From Lytechinus pictus (taxonomy: Eukaryota), in the NCBI RefSeq assembly GCF_037042905.1, contig NC_087252.1:15936001-16000000 (forward strand): a stretch of DNA of 64,000 bases. Reading direction: 5' to 3'. The notes under the pieces were generated by a model. It saw only the letters and a program-made list of their open reading frames with translations. It had not been told where the DNA came from and did not search any database. The translations under genes and the position numbers were made by a program. Of the stretch, positions 12,881 through 25,790 are shown one piece after another (positions within the stretch are counted from its first letter, which is position 1; each line of letters opens with the position of its first letter).

Positions 12881-14974
12881 GAACAAGATGATTTTTTTTT
12901 CATTTTTTTTTTCTTTTTACCACCTCGTACATGATCCTTTATAATTAAAAGGTATGAAAGTTAAAATTTTGGCAAGATTAAACAGATTATAATTACTTTT
13001 TTCATATCACATGTATTTTCATAATATCAAAGAGACCCTTTTCACAGTGCTTTATCATCTCCCGTCTTTCACAAGTATTCCATCCATAATGAACATTCCG
13101 TTGTCATCATGAAGATCATATTGATCTGCTTGAACATGGTAATAGTGATCATGATGGCGAGAATAAGGACAGACTACCTAATTCGTCCGCATGACGAATT
13201 AAAATCTAGTTTTTTAATTGCGATTGTTAGGAATTCTACAAAGAATATTTTTACCAAATATTAGCATTCTAGGAGCTTTATTTAGTGAATTAGAGCAAAA
13301 AGTATGATTTATGCATAAATTAGCATAATCAATTCATATAAAATAAAATCTCATTATTTTGGAAAATTTTACCATACAGCCTTGTAGATTACATCGCACA
13401 CTACAAGCGTGCAAATTTTTGCGTCACTCGCGCGATCAGCTGCTGAGATCTTAAAGGGGGGAGGGGGGGGGGGGCATAATAGCCCCCCCCCCCCCCCCCG
13501 GGAATGACAAGAATCAAAATACCCCGAGAGATTTAGGGTTAAAAAGATAAAATTGATTTTAAGCAGTAAAAGGAAAAATAATGATACATTTATGAATTTT
13601 GGCTAAAAACAATATTTGCATTGGATTTGTACACAAATTCCAGTTTTTGAGTAATTTTTGGTCTGCATGCACTTACAAAACATTGCGTAATTTCGGAACC
13701 GGGGGTCACAATTTTGGTCTCGAAAGTTGCGTGAGACTTGAAAGTAAAAAGTCAGCGAGCAACGCGGTGGATTTATCGCCAAAAATGTCGAGGGGGGGGG
13801 GGGGGCTGAATCAGCCAATCTTTTTAGGGTTAAGAGATCTTTTATGCAACAAGTGATCTTTCAGAATTCTTTCCATGGACACTCCTTGGTCTTTCAATGA
13901 TCTTTCATATTGATCTCTCACAAGCCCTACAGTGATCTCTGCAAAAATCTTGAGAGGGGTCACTCCATCTGGATTCACCCAGTGGTTGCACCCGACCGTC
14001 CCAGATTTCGTTGTAATTTGGTACACATAAAATTCACCATGGCCCACGTACAAAACCAAAAAAATAAGTCCAATTGGACCGTTGGTTCTCGCGCTACGGC
14101 CCGCCCTTTTCTCCTTGTTTTGACAAAAATGGATGTGACCTTCAACTTTCAATGGCCACTGCGTCGTAACGCGTTGACCAATTTTCATGAAACTGGTTCC
14201 ATTTATTAGGAAATTCAGAGATGAATCCAAAACATGCATCAAATAATGTATTGGAGTGATTTATAAGGTTGTGACCTTTGACCTTTACTTTGACCTTGAG
14301 TTTGACCCCTGGACAAATTATTTTTTAACTTGATTTTCATGTATGTTAATTATTTGTATGATATTGACAAAATATGTTAAAACCAATGATGATTTTTAAT
14401 TCTTCACCTTTTAAAACTCTTCCAAAGATACCATGAAATTTCACTCTAGTCCCACATACTAATATTCATGTTAGTAAAAGTGTTTAACAGTTACATGATT
14501 TCTTCCAATCTTAAGTTACAGTATGCATGCACATGAAAAGAAATTAAGCTCATCAGTTCACAAATGAAACATTAAACATTTATGCTCATGAATATGTATC
14601 TGTTTAGGCATTTTGATGTTCAGCAATATATATATATATATATATATATACAATACAGGGAAAAGGAAACTTGGCATGATTTTGCGGGACCCGCATTTTC
14701 CCCGTTAGGCACTTTTTGGTCAAAACACGATGCAATCTCGAAGCAATCACGATGCAATCCCGTTATTTTTTGGACACTTCAAAATGGCTAACGGGGATTG
14801 TCAACCCGCTAGAATGAGTATATACACGCATATCAACCCGATAGACAGCGGGTTGAAAATCCTTAAATCCCGATAGACAGCGCGGGTTGAAAAACTGCTT
14901 CGAGCGCGCGCATCAGACGCGTACGTCCCCGATAGAAATCCATGTGCGCAGCTCTTGACCGAGTGACCCAGTTA

Positions 14975-15505
14975 TAGTAAACAAATATATCAGGCTTTGA
15001 GAAAGTATAGTGGAATTATTTATCCGAGGTTGGTCTGGCAATTACTATTTTTTCCCGAGGGGCGAAGCCCCGAGGGAAATATAGTAGTTTTGCCAGTCCA
15101 ACCGAGGATTAATAATTCCCACTATGCTTTCGAATGAAACGCCTGATATATTTGCTTTATATCCTACTTTTAATAATTTATAACCAAAATCTATGCGCTG
15201 AGCATGCAAAGTCCTGTTGAATTACCTACTTTTCTCCGAGCCACCGCGCTCAGCGGAACGCAGATTAGTGTCTGATTAGTGTCTGCGCTGACGCATCGCG
15301 CTGGACTTGCGCGCCCGGGAGAGAGAGAGCGCGCAAGCCGGTGCGCCGAGATATCCAGTTTTGTGAAATAATGACGTCAGAATATTGGTATATCCAAAAA
15401 TATATCGAGGTCTGACGTCACGCAACATCATAGTTGAAATATATTCGGTCACATGATGCTACTTGAACCAATCACTATACAGGATTTACTCTATGTAGGA
15501 TATAA
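14975..15505. mobile_element. Hairpin-type non-autonomous element (possibly Crypton-like)
   Basis: Imperfect ~185-bp palindrome 14977-15160 centred on ccgagggcgaagccccgagg, plus tatatcctac / gtaggatata repeat at the far end. Confidence 0.4.
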
Positions 15506-15707
15506 TTATAGTTACGTCTTTGGCTTAAAGGACGAGTAGATTCTCTTTCCAATGTTTATTTACGGAGCTAGCTCCATGGTCTATTTTTTAGTGTTTACGT
15601 TATCAATGGCGTCTTCCGTTTAAAGGACGATTAGATAATCCTTTTTTATCCTTTCATTTTTATCTTTTGTTCTCCAATTCTGTAATCTATAAAACTTTAA
15701 TCAGGTA

Positions 15708-16318
15708 CCGTATGGGTACTAGTATTCAACCCGGCATAATTCAACGATTTTGACATATTCCCCAAAATATTTAGAAATAGGGAATTTATCTTAATTTCAT
15801 ACCTTTGTTATTTCCAGGGTAATCTGTTGTCGATATTTTCTTTGTCAATCTGTCGACTGTATGCGCGGAGGATCGAATTATGCGGCGATGGCCTTTTGCA
15901 CTGAATGGTACTAGTATTCAACCTAGTGAGGATTGATAGCAAATCTCAAAAGGGTTTAGATTGCTAAATCAGATCTAGATCTATGTAAGTCTCTGGCTTT
16001 GATTAATTCCCTGTTTGGTCTCATCTCAAATGGTCTAGTCCATAGTCGGATGGGACAAGGGTAGATTGAGAGACAGGGCCATCTTTCATCGCTAGGTTGA
16101 ATACTAGTACCGACGGGTTGAATACTAGTACCAAAATCCGTCGCCGTATAATTCGATCGCCCGCGCACACAGTCAACTGGTTGAAGAAAAAAATAACGGA
16201 AAAAGAATAACCAGCATTTGCTCTTGGAAATAAGACGGGTCTGAAATTCAGGTAAATTCTATATTTCTATATATTTGAGGAAACTCTCCAAACGGGTTGA
16301 ATACTAGTGCCCTTACGG
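15708..16318. mobile_element. Tc1/pogo-type MITE (CCGTA ends, TA TSD)
   Basis: ta|ccgtatgggtactagtattcaacc ... ggttgaatactagtgcccttacgg|ta. Confidence 0.75.
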
Positions 16319-16324
16319 TATGTA

Positions 16325-18140
16325 TTTCATTCAAAGAACGAGTATTTTCATCATTTTCTGTTCATCAATTATGTGGGGTTTTTAAAATTTCATCAGTTAC
16401 GTCTTTTATTAAAAGAAGATTCGCTTTCCATCATTTTCTGTTCATTGTTGTTTTTTTAATCAGTAATTCGTCGTTCATTTAAAGGACGAGGAGATTTGCT
16501 AACCATCATTTTCTGTTCATCAATTCTGTTTTTTTTTTAATTTCATCACTTACGTCTTTTATTAAAAGATTCGCTTTCCGCCATTTTATGTTCATAAATT
16601 CTGTACTTCTTATTTTATCAGTTACGTCGTTCATTTAAAGAACGAGTAGATTTGCTTACCATCATTTTTCTGTTCATTCTTTTTTCCCCCATTTAATCGT
16701 TTACGAGTATAATTCATATTTGAGTTTTATTATGGAGTTATGAAATAGAGATTGTAACAGAATTAATCATATTTATAGAAAATTTAAATAAAACACAACC
16801 TTTGAGATACGAAATCCATTAAGAATGGAACAGAGATGACTATATTTGCTAACCATCATTATTTGTTCATCAATTCTGTGTTGTTTATTTTCATCACTTA
16901 CGACTTTTAATCAAAGATTCACTTTCCATAATTCCATTATTTTCTGTTCATTAATTCTGTATTAATACGTCGTTCATCCAAAGGACGAGTAGATTCGTCT
17001 CCCATAATTTTCTGTTCATCAATTATGTGTGTTTTTTAGTTTCATCACTTACGTATTTTATTCAAAGAAGATTCGCTTTTCATAATTTTCTGTTCATCAA
17101 TTCTGTGTTGTTGTTTTTTTTTTATTTCATCACTTACGTCTTTTATTAAAAGATTCGCTTTCCGCCATTTTCTGTTCATAAATTCTGTATTTCTTATTTT
17201 ATCAGTTACGTCGTTCATTTAAAGAACGAGTAGATTTGCTTAACATCATTTTTCTGTTCATTCTTTTTTTCCCATTTAATCGGTTACGACGTTCATTCAA
17301 GGACGAGTATAATTCAGATTTGAGTTTTATTTATATGGAGTTATGAAATAGAGATTTTAACAGAATTAATCATAGTTATAATAGAAAATTTAAATAAAAA
17401 ACACAACCTTTGAAATACGAAATCCATTAATGAAACAGAGATGATTATATTTGCTAACCATCATTTTTTGTTCATCAATTCTGTGTTGTTTATTTTCATC
17501 ACTTACGACTCTTAATCAAAGAAGATTCACTTTCCATAATTCCAATATTTTCTGTTAATTAATTCTGTATTTTTTTTTATTTTATCAGTTACGTCTGTAA
17601 TACGTCGTTCATTCAAAGGACGAGTAGATTCTTCTCCCATAATTTTCTGTTCATCAATTATGTGTGTTTTTTAATTTCATCACTTATACGTCTTTTATTC
17701 AAAGCCTGATTCGCTTTCCATCATTTTCTGTTCATGTTTTTTTTTTTTCATTGTTTCATCAGTTACGTATTTTATTCAAAGAAACGCTTTCCACCATTTT
17801 TCTGTTCAACAATTCTGTATTTTTATTTTATCAGTTACATCGTTCATTCCAAGAACCAATAGATCTCTTTTCCATCATTTTTCTCTTCATCAATTATATT
17901 TTTTAATCAGTTACGTCGTACATTCAAAGAACGAATAGATTCACTTTCCATCATTTTTCTGTTCATCAACTCTGTTTTTCTTTATTATTATTTAATCAGT
18001 TACGCTGTTGTCTTTTCAGCTACTTCATTCATTCAAAGATCACTTTCTGTTCATCAATTCTGTTTTTTTTTAATCAGTTGTATCCGTCGTTCATTCAAAG
18101 AACGAGTAGTTTTACTTTCCATAATTTTTCTGTTCATCAA
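16325..18140. repeat. Degenerate ~60-75-bp tandem repeat with ~600-bp higher-order duplication
   Basis: Recurring atcagttacgtcgttcattcaaagaacgagtagattcgctttccatcattttctgttc; a unique block recurs at 16741 and 17344. Confidence 0.8.
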
Positions 18141-18887
18141 GACAAACATTGTAACTATATACCTTGCAGCACTTCTTTAAGGGGATTTGAATAGTAAGAT
18201 AATGGAAATGATCAAAACAAATTTTCAAAGCCTTCATTTTTCTGAAAATAATAAATCGTTCAAAAATAACTGATAAGTAATATAGTTCCAGATTTTCCCA
18301 ACATAATAAAACACACTTTCAAAAGATATCATTTTCAAGAGACCAAACATTTTTATGGAAAGAGGGGTGCGATATTCCAAAGCGTATGGTGTCGTATCGT
18401 AAAAATAATTGTGATAGGCCTATCCTTATTTTGGTGTAGGTATTTGTATTTTCTGGTGGAAGTCTGATTAATTTTGAAAATATTGTGTTTGATATGATGA
18501 GTGTTAAGACAGTTAAGTCATATCTACTGGCATATATAAACTGATCAATTTCATCCTGCTTAATGTTGCGATACATACCCCAACTGCCCTTCAAAACATT
18601 ATCATATTTTGTGCGAATAAATCTTTCATCCACCCAACTAATGTATTGTGAGTGGAATACATGTGTACAACTTGTTATAAAGTTTTGTATGTTTTTCTAA
18701 CAACTGCGGATCGAATGCTGCATGAGAGAGAAGAATATTGGGGATAATGGGAAATAAAATACAGAATCGTGTGCAGGACACGGAGAAGATGACGAAAAGG
18801 ACAACTCCATTTCCATTTTCCGTACGTCCGACCGGGACATTCATGAAATTTTCTGTCCTTGATTTCTTTTACTTTTGACAGTCTGTG

Positions 18888-19123
18888 CACTGCAAAAACT
18901 GCGGTGTTAATTCAACACCAGTCCGGAATCTAATGACCACACTAGAGAAGTGTTAATAACAACATCGGTTTGGTTTTCGACTAATTCCAAATATGATTTT
19001 ATACAACACCAATTGTTATTGATACATCATCGATTTAATTAAAGCCGGTGTTGTTTCAACACTTCTCTCGTGTGGTCATATATTTCAGACTGTTGTTCAA
19101 TAAACACCGCAGTTTTTGCAGTG
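18888..19123. mobile_element. CACTA/EnSpm-like MITE
   Basis: tg|cactgcaaaaactgcggtgtt ... aacaccgcagtttttgcagtg|tg (2-bp TSD). Confidence 0.75.
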
Positions 19124-19479
19124 TGGTCAGTTTATGAACACGAAGTAAAACTTGAGAAAAAGGGGAATCGGACGTACAAAAAGGTTGATAATTATGGAAT
19201 TGCCCAAAAGGAAGAAAAATGAGAAAGGACCAGGTTCAGGGACATGGCTGAGAAGTCGAAGAAATTATAAGGAAAATAGAAAAGGAATAAACTACAAAAG
19301 AGGAGGAAGAGAAGAGGAAGAAAATATTTTGCACTGTGCAATGATCTCAAATTCTCAATCATAATGAACGTCTCCTTTATTGCAGTAAACGTGGTAAATG
19401 CGTTTGTTTCCGAACAATTTTGTTTTGGTGCCTTTTAACTTAAAGATCTCAAGTCGTAACGAAACTTATTTGAAAAAAA

Positions 19480-20425
19480 TATTTTAGAAAATGCAAGTAT
19501 CACTCGTATCTTTTAGATGAAAGGGATGATTTCACGTAGTATGTCATATTGATATGATTATATTTTTACCTCACAACTCTTTACGAACCTTCAACAATTT
19601 ATAGATTATCATTTCACTACCCCTTTATCATGGTTATCATGCCGTGTGCTCAAGCGAATCTCGTATTATTTCGAAAGTGAAGTATCCGATTTTACGTCAT
19701 AAATCATATCGATATGATATGATTTATACTTCATTACTTTTAAAAAATTCATATGTTGAAAACCTTCAACAATATTTCTAGATTATTCATAATTTTTTAT
19801 CAAGCCAGGGCGCTCCAATATCCAAGCGAAACTCGTATCTTTCGAAAGCTTAGTATAATGATTTTGTAACTCCAAATTCTTTACGAACATGTTAAGAACC
19901 TTCAACAATTTTACATGATCATTTTCATACATTTTGATCTGGCCAAGGTGCTCCAATATCCAAGCGAAACTCGTAGCTTTCGAAAGCTAAGAAAAACGAT
20001 TTGACGTCATAGATCACATGGATATGATTACTTTCTTCCTCAAAACTTTTTACGAATAATTATGTCAAGAACCTTAAAAAAGTTTATAGATTATCAATCA
20101 TTTTCATACGCTTTAATCCGACCAAGGAGCTCCAATATCCAAGCGCAACTCGTATCTTTGAAAATGCCGAGTATGATAATGTCACGTCATAAATCATATC
20201 TGACATGATTACCTCACAACTCTTTACGAATAAAGAACCATCAACAATTTCTAGATTATTATTTTTGTACCTTTTTATCAGGGTCTGTGCTCCAAGATCG
20301 AAGCGAAACTTGTACATTTCGGAAGTAAATTTGAGTGATTTTACGCCATAAATCATTTCGATATGATTATATATTTTCACCTCAAAACTCTTTACGAATT
20401 TGTTAAGAACCTACAACAATTATTT
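19480..20425. repeat. Degenerate ~135-180-bp tandem repeat
   Basis: Recurring aagcgaaactcgtatctttcgaaag...acgtcataaatcatatcgatatgat...aaccttcaacaatt, about 6 units. Confidence 0.75.
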
Positions 20426-20449
20426 TTTTATCATTAATTTCAAGTCGTA

Positions 20450-20693
20450 AATGGGTGATTTCAAGTTCGGTGTTGGCCTTTTGGTGTTGGTGTAAGGTCA
20501 AATTTTACACCGTTATAACACCAAACATAAAATGAAGATGGTCCCGAAAAGTCACTCTCTAGTGGTTGAGATGAAAATAATGTGATCTGAATCAGTTATG
20601 CATGAACTCTGAAAAAGTTTTGGAGCTAGGGGAAGCAATCCAAATTTCAACACCAACACCATCAGGGCCAACACCGGACTTGAAATAACTCAG
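20450..20693. mobile_element. Small inverted-repeat element (MITE-like)
   Basis: atttcaagttcggtgttggcc..tggtgttggtgt mirrored by acaccaacacca..ggccaacaccggacttgaaat. Confidence 0.5.
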
Positions 20694-21249
20694 TTCGATG
20701 ATTTCCATTTCATAATTCTTTACAAATAATTTATGTGAAGGAACTTCAACCATTTTATCATTTTAAACCCATTTGTGTCACACCGGGATGTCTCTATTGT
20801 TCCGAAAATGCGTCTTTTATATTTCTTATCGGAGAACACAAATTCTTTCCAAAATGTAAATGAATATTATCTGAAATGGTCAAAGCCGAAAGACAATCTT
20901 AAAACATGTTCCGCCTTATAATCATGAATAAGAAGGGTTTCCTCTTGAAAACAAAACAAAACACATTTCGGATGTGAATGATCTGTGAACGAAATACGCA
21001 ATATTCATGTCAGAGTAAAAATGAATTAGCAATGAAAGTCGTCAATACAGTTATATTTCCACTTCAATCCTTTTTGTTCAGTTTCGCGCAAGGGTGATCA
21101 TTCCCTTTAAAATCATTTCCTGTTGTTGTCTCGCCTTTTAAAAGGTGCGCGCGCACGTCCTGAAACTAGCTTGCGCATAACTCTATCGTGCAAAAACGCG
21201 CGTCAAACCTACGGGATCTCGATAGAAGCATGGAAATCACGTTAGAAGC

Positions 21250-24200
21250 TATGAGGCGCCGATTGTACCAATATTATATAGAACAATTATTTGTTATATA
21301 ATCATTATTTATTAAATAATAACTATTATTTATATATAATTTACATTTTATTTGTAAATAACTACTATTATATAAAATATCATTTCTAATTATTTATATA
21401 TAATTCCAAGTAATACTTCATTATTTGTAAATAATAATAGTTCGACATTCCATTATCTATAAATAATGATTATTTGTTTTTCATTATTTATAAATGATTA
21501 TTTGTTTTTCATTATTTATAAATAATGATTATTTGTTTTTCATTATTTACAAATAATGATTATTTGTTTTTCATTATTTATAAATAATGATTATTTGTTT
21601 TTCATTATTTATAAATAATGATTATTTGTTTTTCATTATTTACAAATAATGATTATTTGTTTTTCATTATTTATAAATAATGATTATTTGTTTTTCATTA
21701 TTTACAAATAATGATTATTTGTTTTTCATTATTTATAAATAATGATTATTTGTTTTTCATTATTTATAAATAATTTGTTGAGTTTTCCATTATTTATAAA
21801 TAATGATTATTTGTTAAATAATGAAAACGTCTACTTCATTATTTATAAATAATTTTTTCGAGTGCACCATTATTCTCATTATTTATAAATAATCATTATT
21901 TAATGTTCGAGTTTTCCATTATTTATAAATAAAGATTATTTGTTAAATAATGAAATATCTACTTCATTATTTATAAATAATAATTTTGTTTCTATATCCC
22001 ATTATTTATAAATAATCATTATTTATAAACAATTTTTACAGTTTGCCATTATATACAAATAATCATTATTTATATACAAATAACCATTATTTATTAAATA
22101 ATGCCATTATTTATTAAATAATGGAAAACTCGCTATAACATGCAAATGTGGGACCGCCCATGATATGAATATTCATGATGCGATTTCCTTTTTCATGATT
22201 TTTCTTCACAAATTTTTGTCCATTTCCTCTTCATAATGACATTTTTTGAAGCAATTTTCTAGGGATATGGTCTGATTGTAATATTCTTCATTTTCTATAT
22301 AACTTCGTCTTCGTAGAAATATCAAAAAGTGTAATTTTATACGATTTTTCCTACAGTTCACAATCCCCATAGGCGCGCGTGTATCGTAGGGACAACCGGT
22401 GAATCGACGGAGTGCTCTTCATCGAAATACTACGTTGGTTGGTCCCCGGAAGTGGCGGGCGGAATTTAGCCCGAATCCTCGATGGAAGTCGATCAAGTGC
22501 ATATGAGCTGAGAGAGTGAAATATCAGTGTACTTGTACAGGCCCTTCTACTTTTTATAAATATTTTCTTGTTGCTTTTTTTGTTAAGTTAATTTTTCCTG
22601 GTGTAGAGATAAGTTTCAGTTCTAATAATGCACTTCAAATACATTTTGGAGTGTCTGTTTGAGGCGTTTTGGGCGATTTCACCCTGGCCCCAAAATGCTC
22701 GCAACGACAATACGGGGGCATGATGACCCCTAAATTTTTAAAAACTTATTTTTCTATTGAAATTATCACAAAATTAACCAAAAGTGTGCACGAAAGCCTT
22801 CGTATTTCACTTTTAAAACTCCAAAAAGTGCCCAAATGACAAGCTTGGTCGCTTCGCTGTGTCGCTTTCAACTTGAGAACGTTTACGCGTCTGCTTCCCC
22901 CCCCCCCCCTCCTCCGAAAGAAATTCTGTATACGGCCATGCTCTAAAGAGCCTGGCACATTGATATATGTATACTTCATTTTCATTATTTTTATCTCATT
23001 ATCATCATGGCCTTACGCAGAATTTTTTTTTTCTCATAAAAATCTTGAAAAAGCGAAGCGACCAAGCTTGTCATTTGAGCTTGGTCGCGTCGCTGTCTCG
23101 CTTTCAAGATTTTGTTTGAGAAACTTTACGCGCGTCCTAGCTGCTCCCCCCCCCCCCCCCCGGTAAAAATTCTGTGTAAGGCCATGATGATAATGTGATA
23201 AAAATAATGAAAATGAAAAGTACATATAAATCAATGTGCCATATGCTCTTTTGAGCATGGCCGTTCACAGAATTTCATTCGGGGGGTGGGGGCAGACGTG
23301 CGTAAACGTTCTCAAGTTGAAAGCGAGACAGCGAAGCGACCAAGCTTGTCATTTGGGCTTGGTCCCGTGGCTGTCTCGCTTTCAAGATTTTTTTGAGAAA
23401 GTTTACGCGCGTCATGCTCCGGCCCCGGCCCCCCTGGAAAAAATTCTGCGTAAGGCCATGTTGATAATGAGATGAAAATAATGAAAATGAAAGTATACAT
23501 ACATCAATGTGCCAGGCTCTTTAGAGCATGGCCGTATACAGAATTTCTTTCGGAGGAGAGGGGGGGGGGGGGGGGGAAGCAGACGCGTAAACGTTCTCAA
23601 GTTGAAAGCGACACAGCGAAGCGACCAAGCTTGTCATTTGGGCACTTTTTGGAGTTTTAAAACTACTAAAAATTCTACGAAGACGAAGTTATATAGAAAA
23701 TGAAGAATATTACAATCAGACCATATCCCTAGAAAATTGCTTCAAAAAATGTCATTATGAAGAGGAAATGGACAAAAATTTGTGAAGAAAAATCACGAAA
23801 AAGGAAATCGCATCATGAATATTCATATCATGGGCGGTCCCACATTTGCATGTTATAGCGAGTTTTCCATTATTTAATAAATAATGGCATTATTTAATAA
23901 ATAATGGTTATTTGTATATAAATAATGATTATTTGTATATAATGGCAAACTGTAAAAATTGTTTATAAATAATGATTATTTATAAATAATGGGATATTGA
24001 AACAAAATTATTATTTATAAATAATGAAGTAGATATTTCATTATTTAACAAATAATCTTTATTTATAAATAATGGAAAACTCGAACATTAAATAATGATT
24101 ATTTATAAATAATGAGAATAATGGTGCACTCGAAAAAATTATTTATAAATAATGAAGTAGACGTTTTCATTATTTAACAAATAATCATTATTTATAAATA

Positions 24201-24713
24201 ATGGAAAACTCAACAAATTATTTATAAATAATGAAAAACAAATAATCATTATTTATAAATAATGAAAAACAAATAATCATTATTTGTAAATAATGAAAAA
24301 CAAATAATCATTATTTGTAAATAATGAAAAACAAATAATCATTATTTATAAATAATGAAAAACAAATAATCATTATTTATAAATAATGAAAAACAAATAA
24401 TCATTATTTGTAAATAATGAAAAACAAATAATCATTATTTATAAATAATGAAAAACAAATAATCATTATTTATAAATAATGAAAAACAAATAATCATTAT
24501 TTATAAATAATGGAATGTCGAACTATTATTATTTACAAATAATGAAGTATTACTTGGAATTATATATAAATAATTAGAAATGATATTTTATATAATAGTA
24601 GTTATTTACAAATAAAATGTAAATTATATATAAATAATAGTTATTATTTAATAAATAATGATTATATAACAAATAATTGTTCTATATAATATTGGTACAT
24701 TCGGCGCCTCATA
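21250..24713. mobile_element. Foldback element with ~1.05-kb modular TIRs (TU-element-like)
   Basis: Arms 21250-~22320 and ~23671-24713 are near-identical. Outer domain is a 31-bp AT-rich minisatellite, inner domain is non-repetitive. Flanked by agaagc direct repeat. Confidence 0.85.
22811..23662. repeat. Inner inverted/tandem repeat cassette of the foldback
   Basis: ~220-bp unit forward at 22811-23030 and reversed twice at ~23165-23357 and ~23437-23662. Confidence 0.8.
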
Positions 24714-24891
24714 AGAAGCGGGATGAAAATCAGGACCGCGCACGATGAAATCACGGACCGAGCACGCTAGAATTTGCGTCTCAGTTTTGAGTCTCCCGCT
24801 ACAATTCCGTTCAAATCCCGTTAGACCATCCCGCACATTTGCTAGCGTGTTTCACGATCCCGAATGCCAAGTTTCTTCTTCCCTGTATTGT

Positions 24892-24923
<32 letters not shown>

Positions 24924-24926
<3 letters not shown>

Positions 24927-25750
24927 TGCGTCCCAGAATAAACGAAACCGAGATTTAGCGATGATTTATCATAACTTAATCATAAATACAATACAGTATA
25001 CAAATGACCTATCAATGTAAAGCTTAGTTAGAATCTCCTCTTTAATCTGATATTACTTATATTATTTTTCATTCACGCATAAGTGAGCAAAAACAATTTG
25101 AATAAAGGATACCAAAAAATCATTTGGCGGGGGGTATCTGAATTTCAAAAAGAAAATTCACATGCCTAAAAGTTCAATATCTGCTCTTTCATTTGATACC
25201 TTAATCACAAAAAATGGTCTAGAAGTAAAAAAGTTATGTTCCCTCGAAACAAAGCTTTTATTTCCATAATTTCATTAAATAAACTTGTTTTCACCGGTTT
25301 CCCACAGAAACTTTCGCTTGGTTAACAAAAGACTTAGTGCATGGCTGATCTTCAACAAAACGGAGTGTCGAGTGAGTTTGAAGGCTAGCCTGTAAAACCT
25401 CTTTATTCTATGAAAATATTGAAATTCAAGCCTTATTTCAAATAACCAGAACTTTCTTATTTCTTGACCATTTTCTGTAATTGAGGTATCAAATTAAAGA
25501 GCAGATATTGAATTTTTTTTAAATGTGGTTTTTGTTTTGAAACCCAGATACAGCCCGCCAAATGTCTTTTCGTTATCCCCTCTTCAAATTGTTTTTGCTC
25601 ATTCATGCGCGAATGCAAAACGATCTAAGTAATTCCAGATGAAAGAGGAGATTCTAAGCTTTACAATGGTAGGTCATTTGTCTATTGTATTTGTGATTAA
25701 GTTATGATAAATTATTGATAAATCTTGGTTTCGTTTTTTTGTGGGACGCA

Positions 25751-25753
<3 letters not shown>
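24924..25753. mobile_element. Tc1/mariner-like palindromic MITE (CAGTGCGTCCCA family)
   Basis: ta|cagtgcgtccca...tgggacgcactg within (TA)n; long TIRs. Confidence 0.85.

Positions 25754-25790
<37 letters not shown>

Larger units (their letters stand above)
9405..13212 (+). mobile_element. Helentron-associated non-autonomous element (HINE / DINE-1-like)
   Basis: 5' T-run + subTIR taggtggtctgtc with adjacent palindrome (duplicated); 3' subTIR gacagactaccta + hairpin aattcgtc..gacgaatt + ctagtttt; internal ~680-bp repeats. Confidence 0.75.
3133..13538. mobile_element. piggyBac-like (TTAA, CCCT..AGGG) MITE, hugely expanded by nested insertions
   Basis: ttaa|ccataaatag at 3129-3142 and atttaggg|ttaa at 13531-13542, with subterminal G/C runs. 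A second AGGG|TTAA end lies at 13829 and a related copy at about 26193-26900. End pairing is tentative. Confidence 0.5.
14651..24890. mobile_element. 10.2-kb composite TIR element inserted in a (TA)n microsatellite
   Basis: 27-bp TIR caatacagggaa(a/g)a(g/a)gaaacttggcat (25/27); (TA)n directly outside both ends. Confidence 0.7.
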
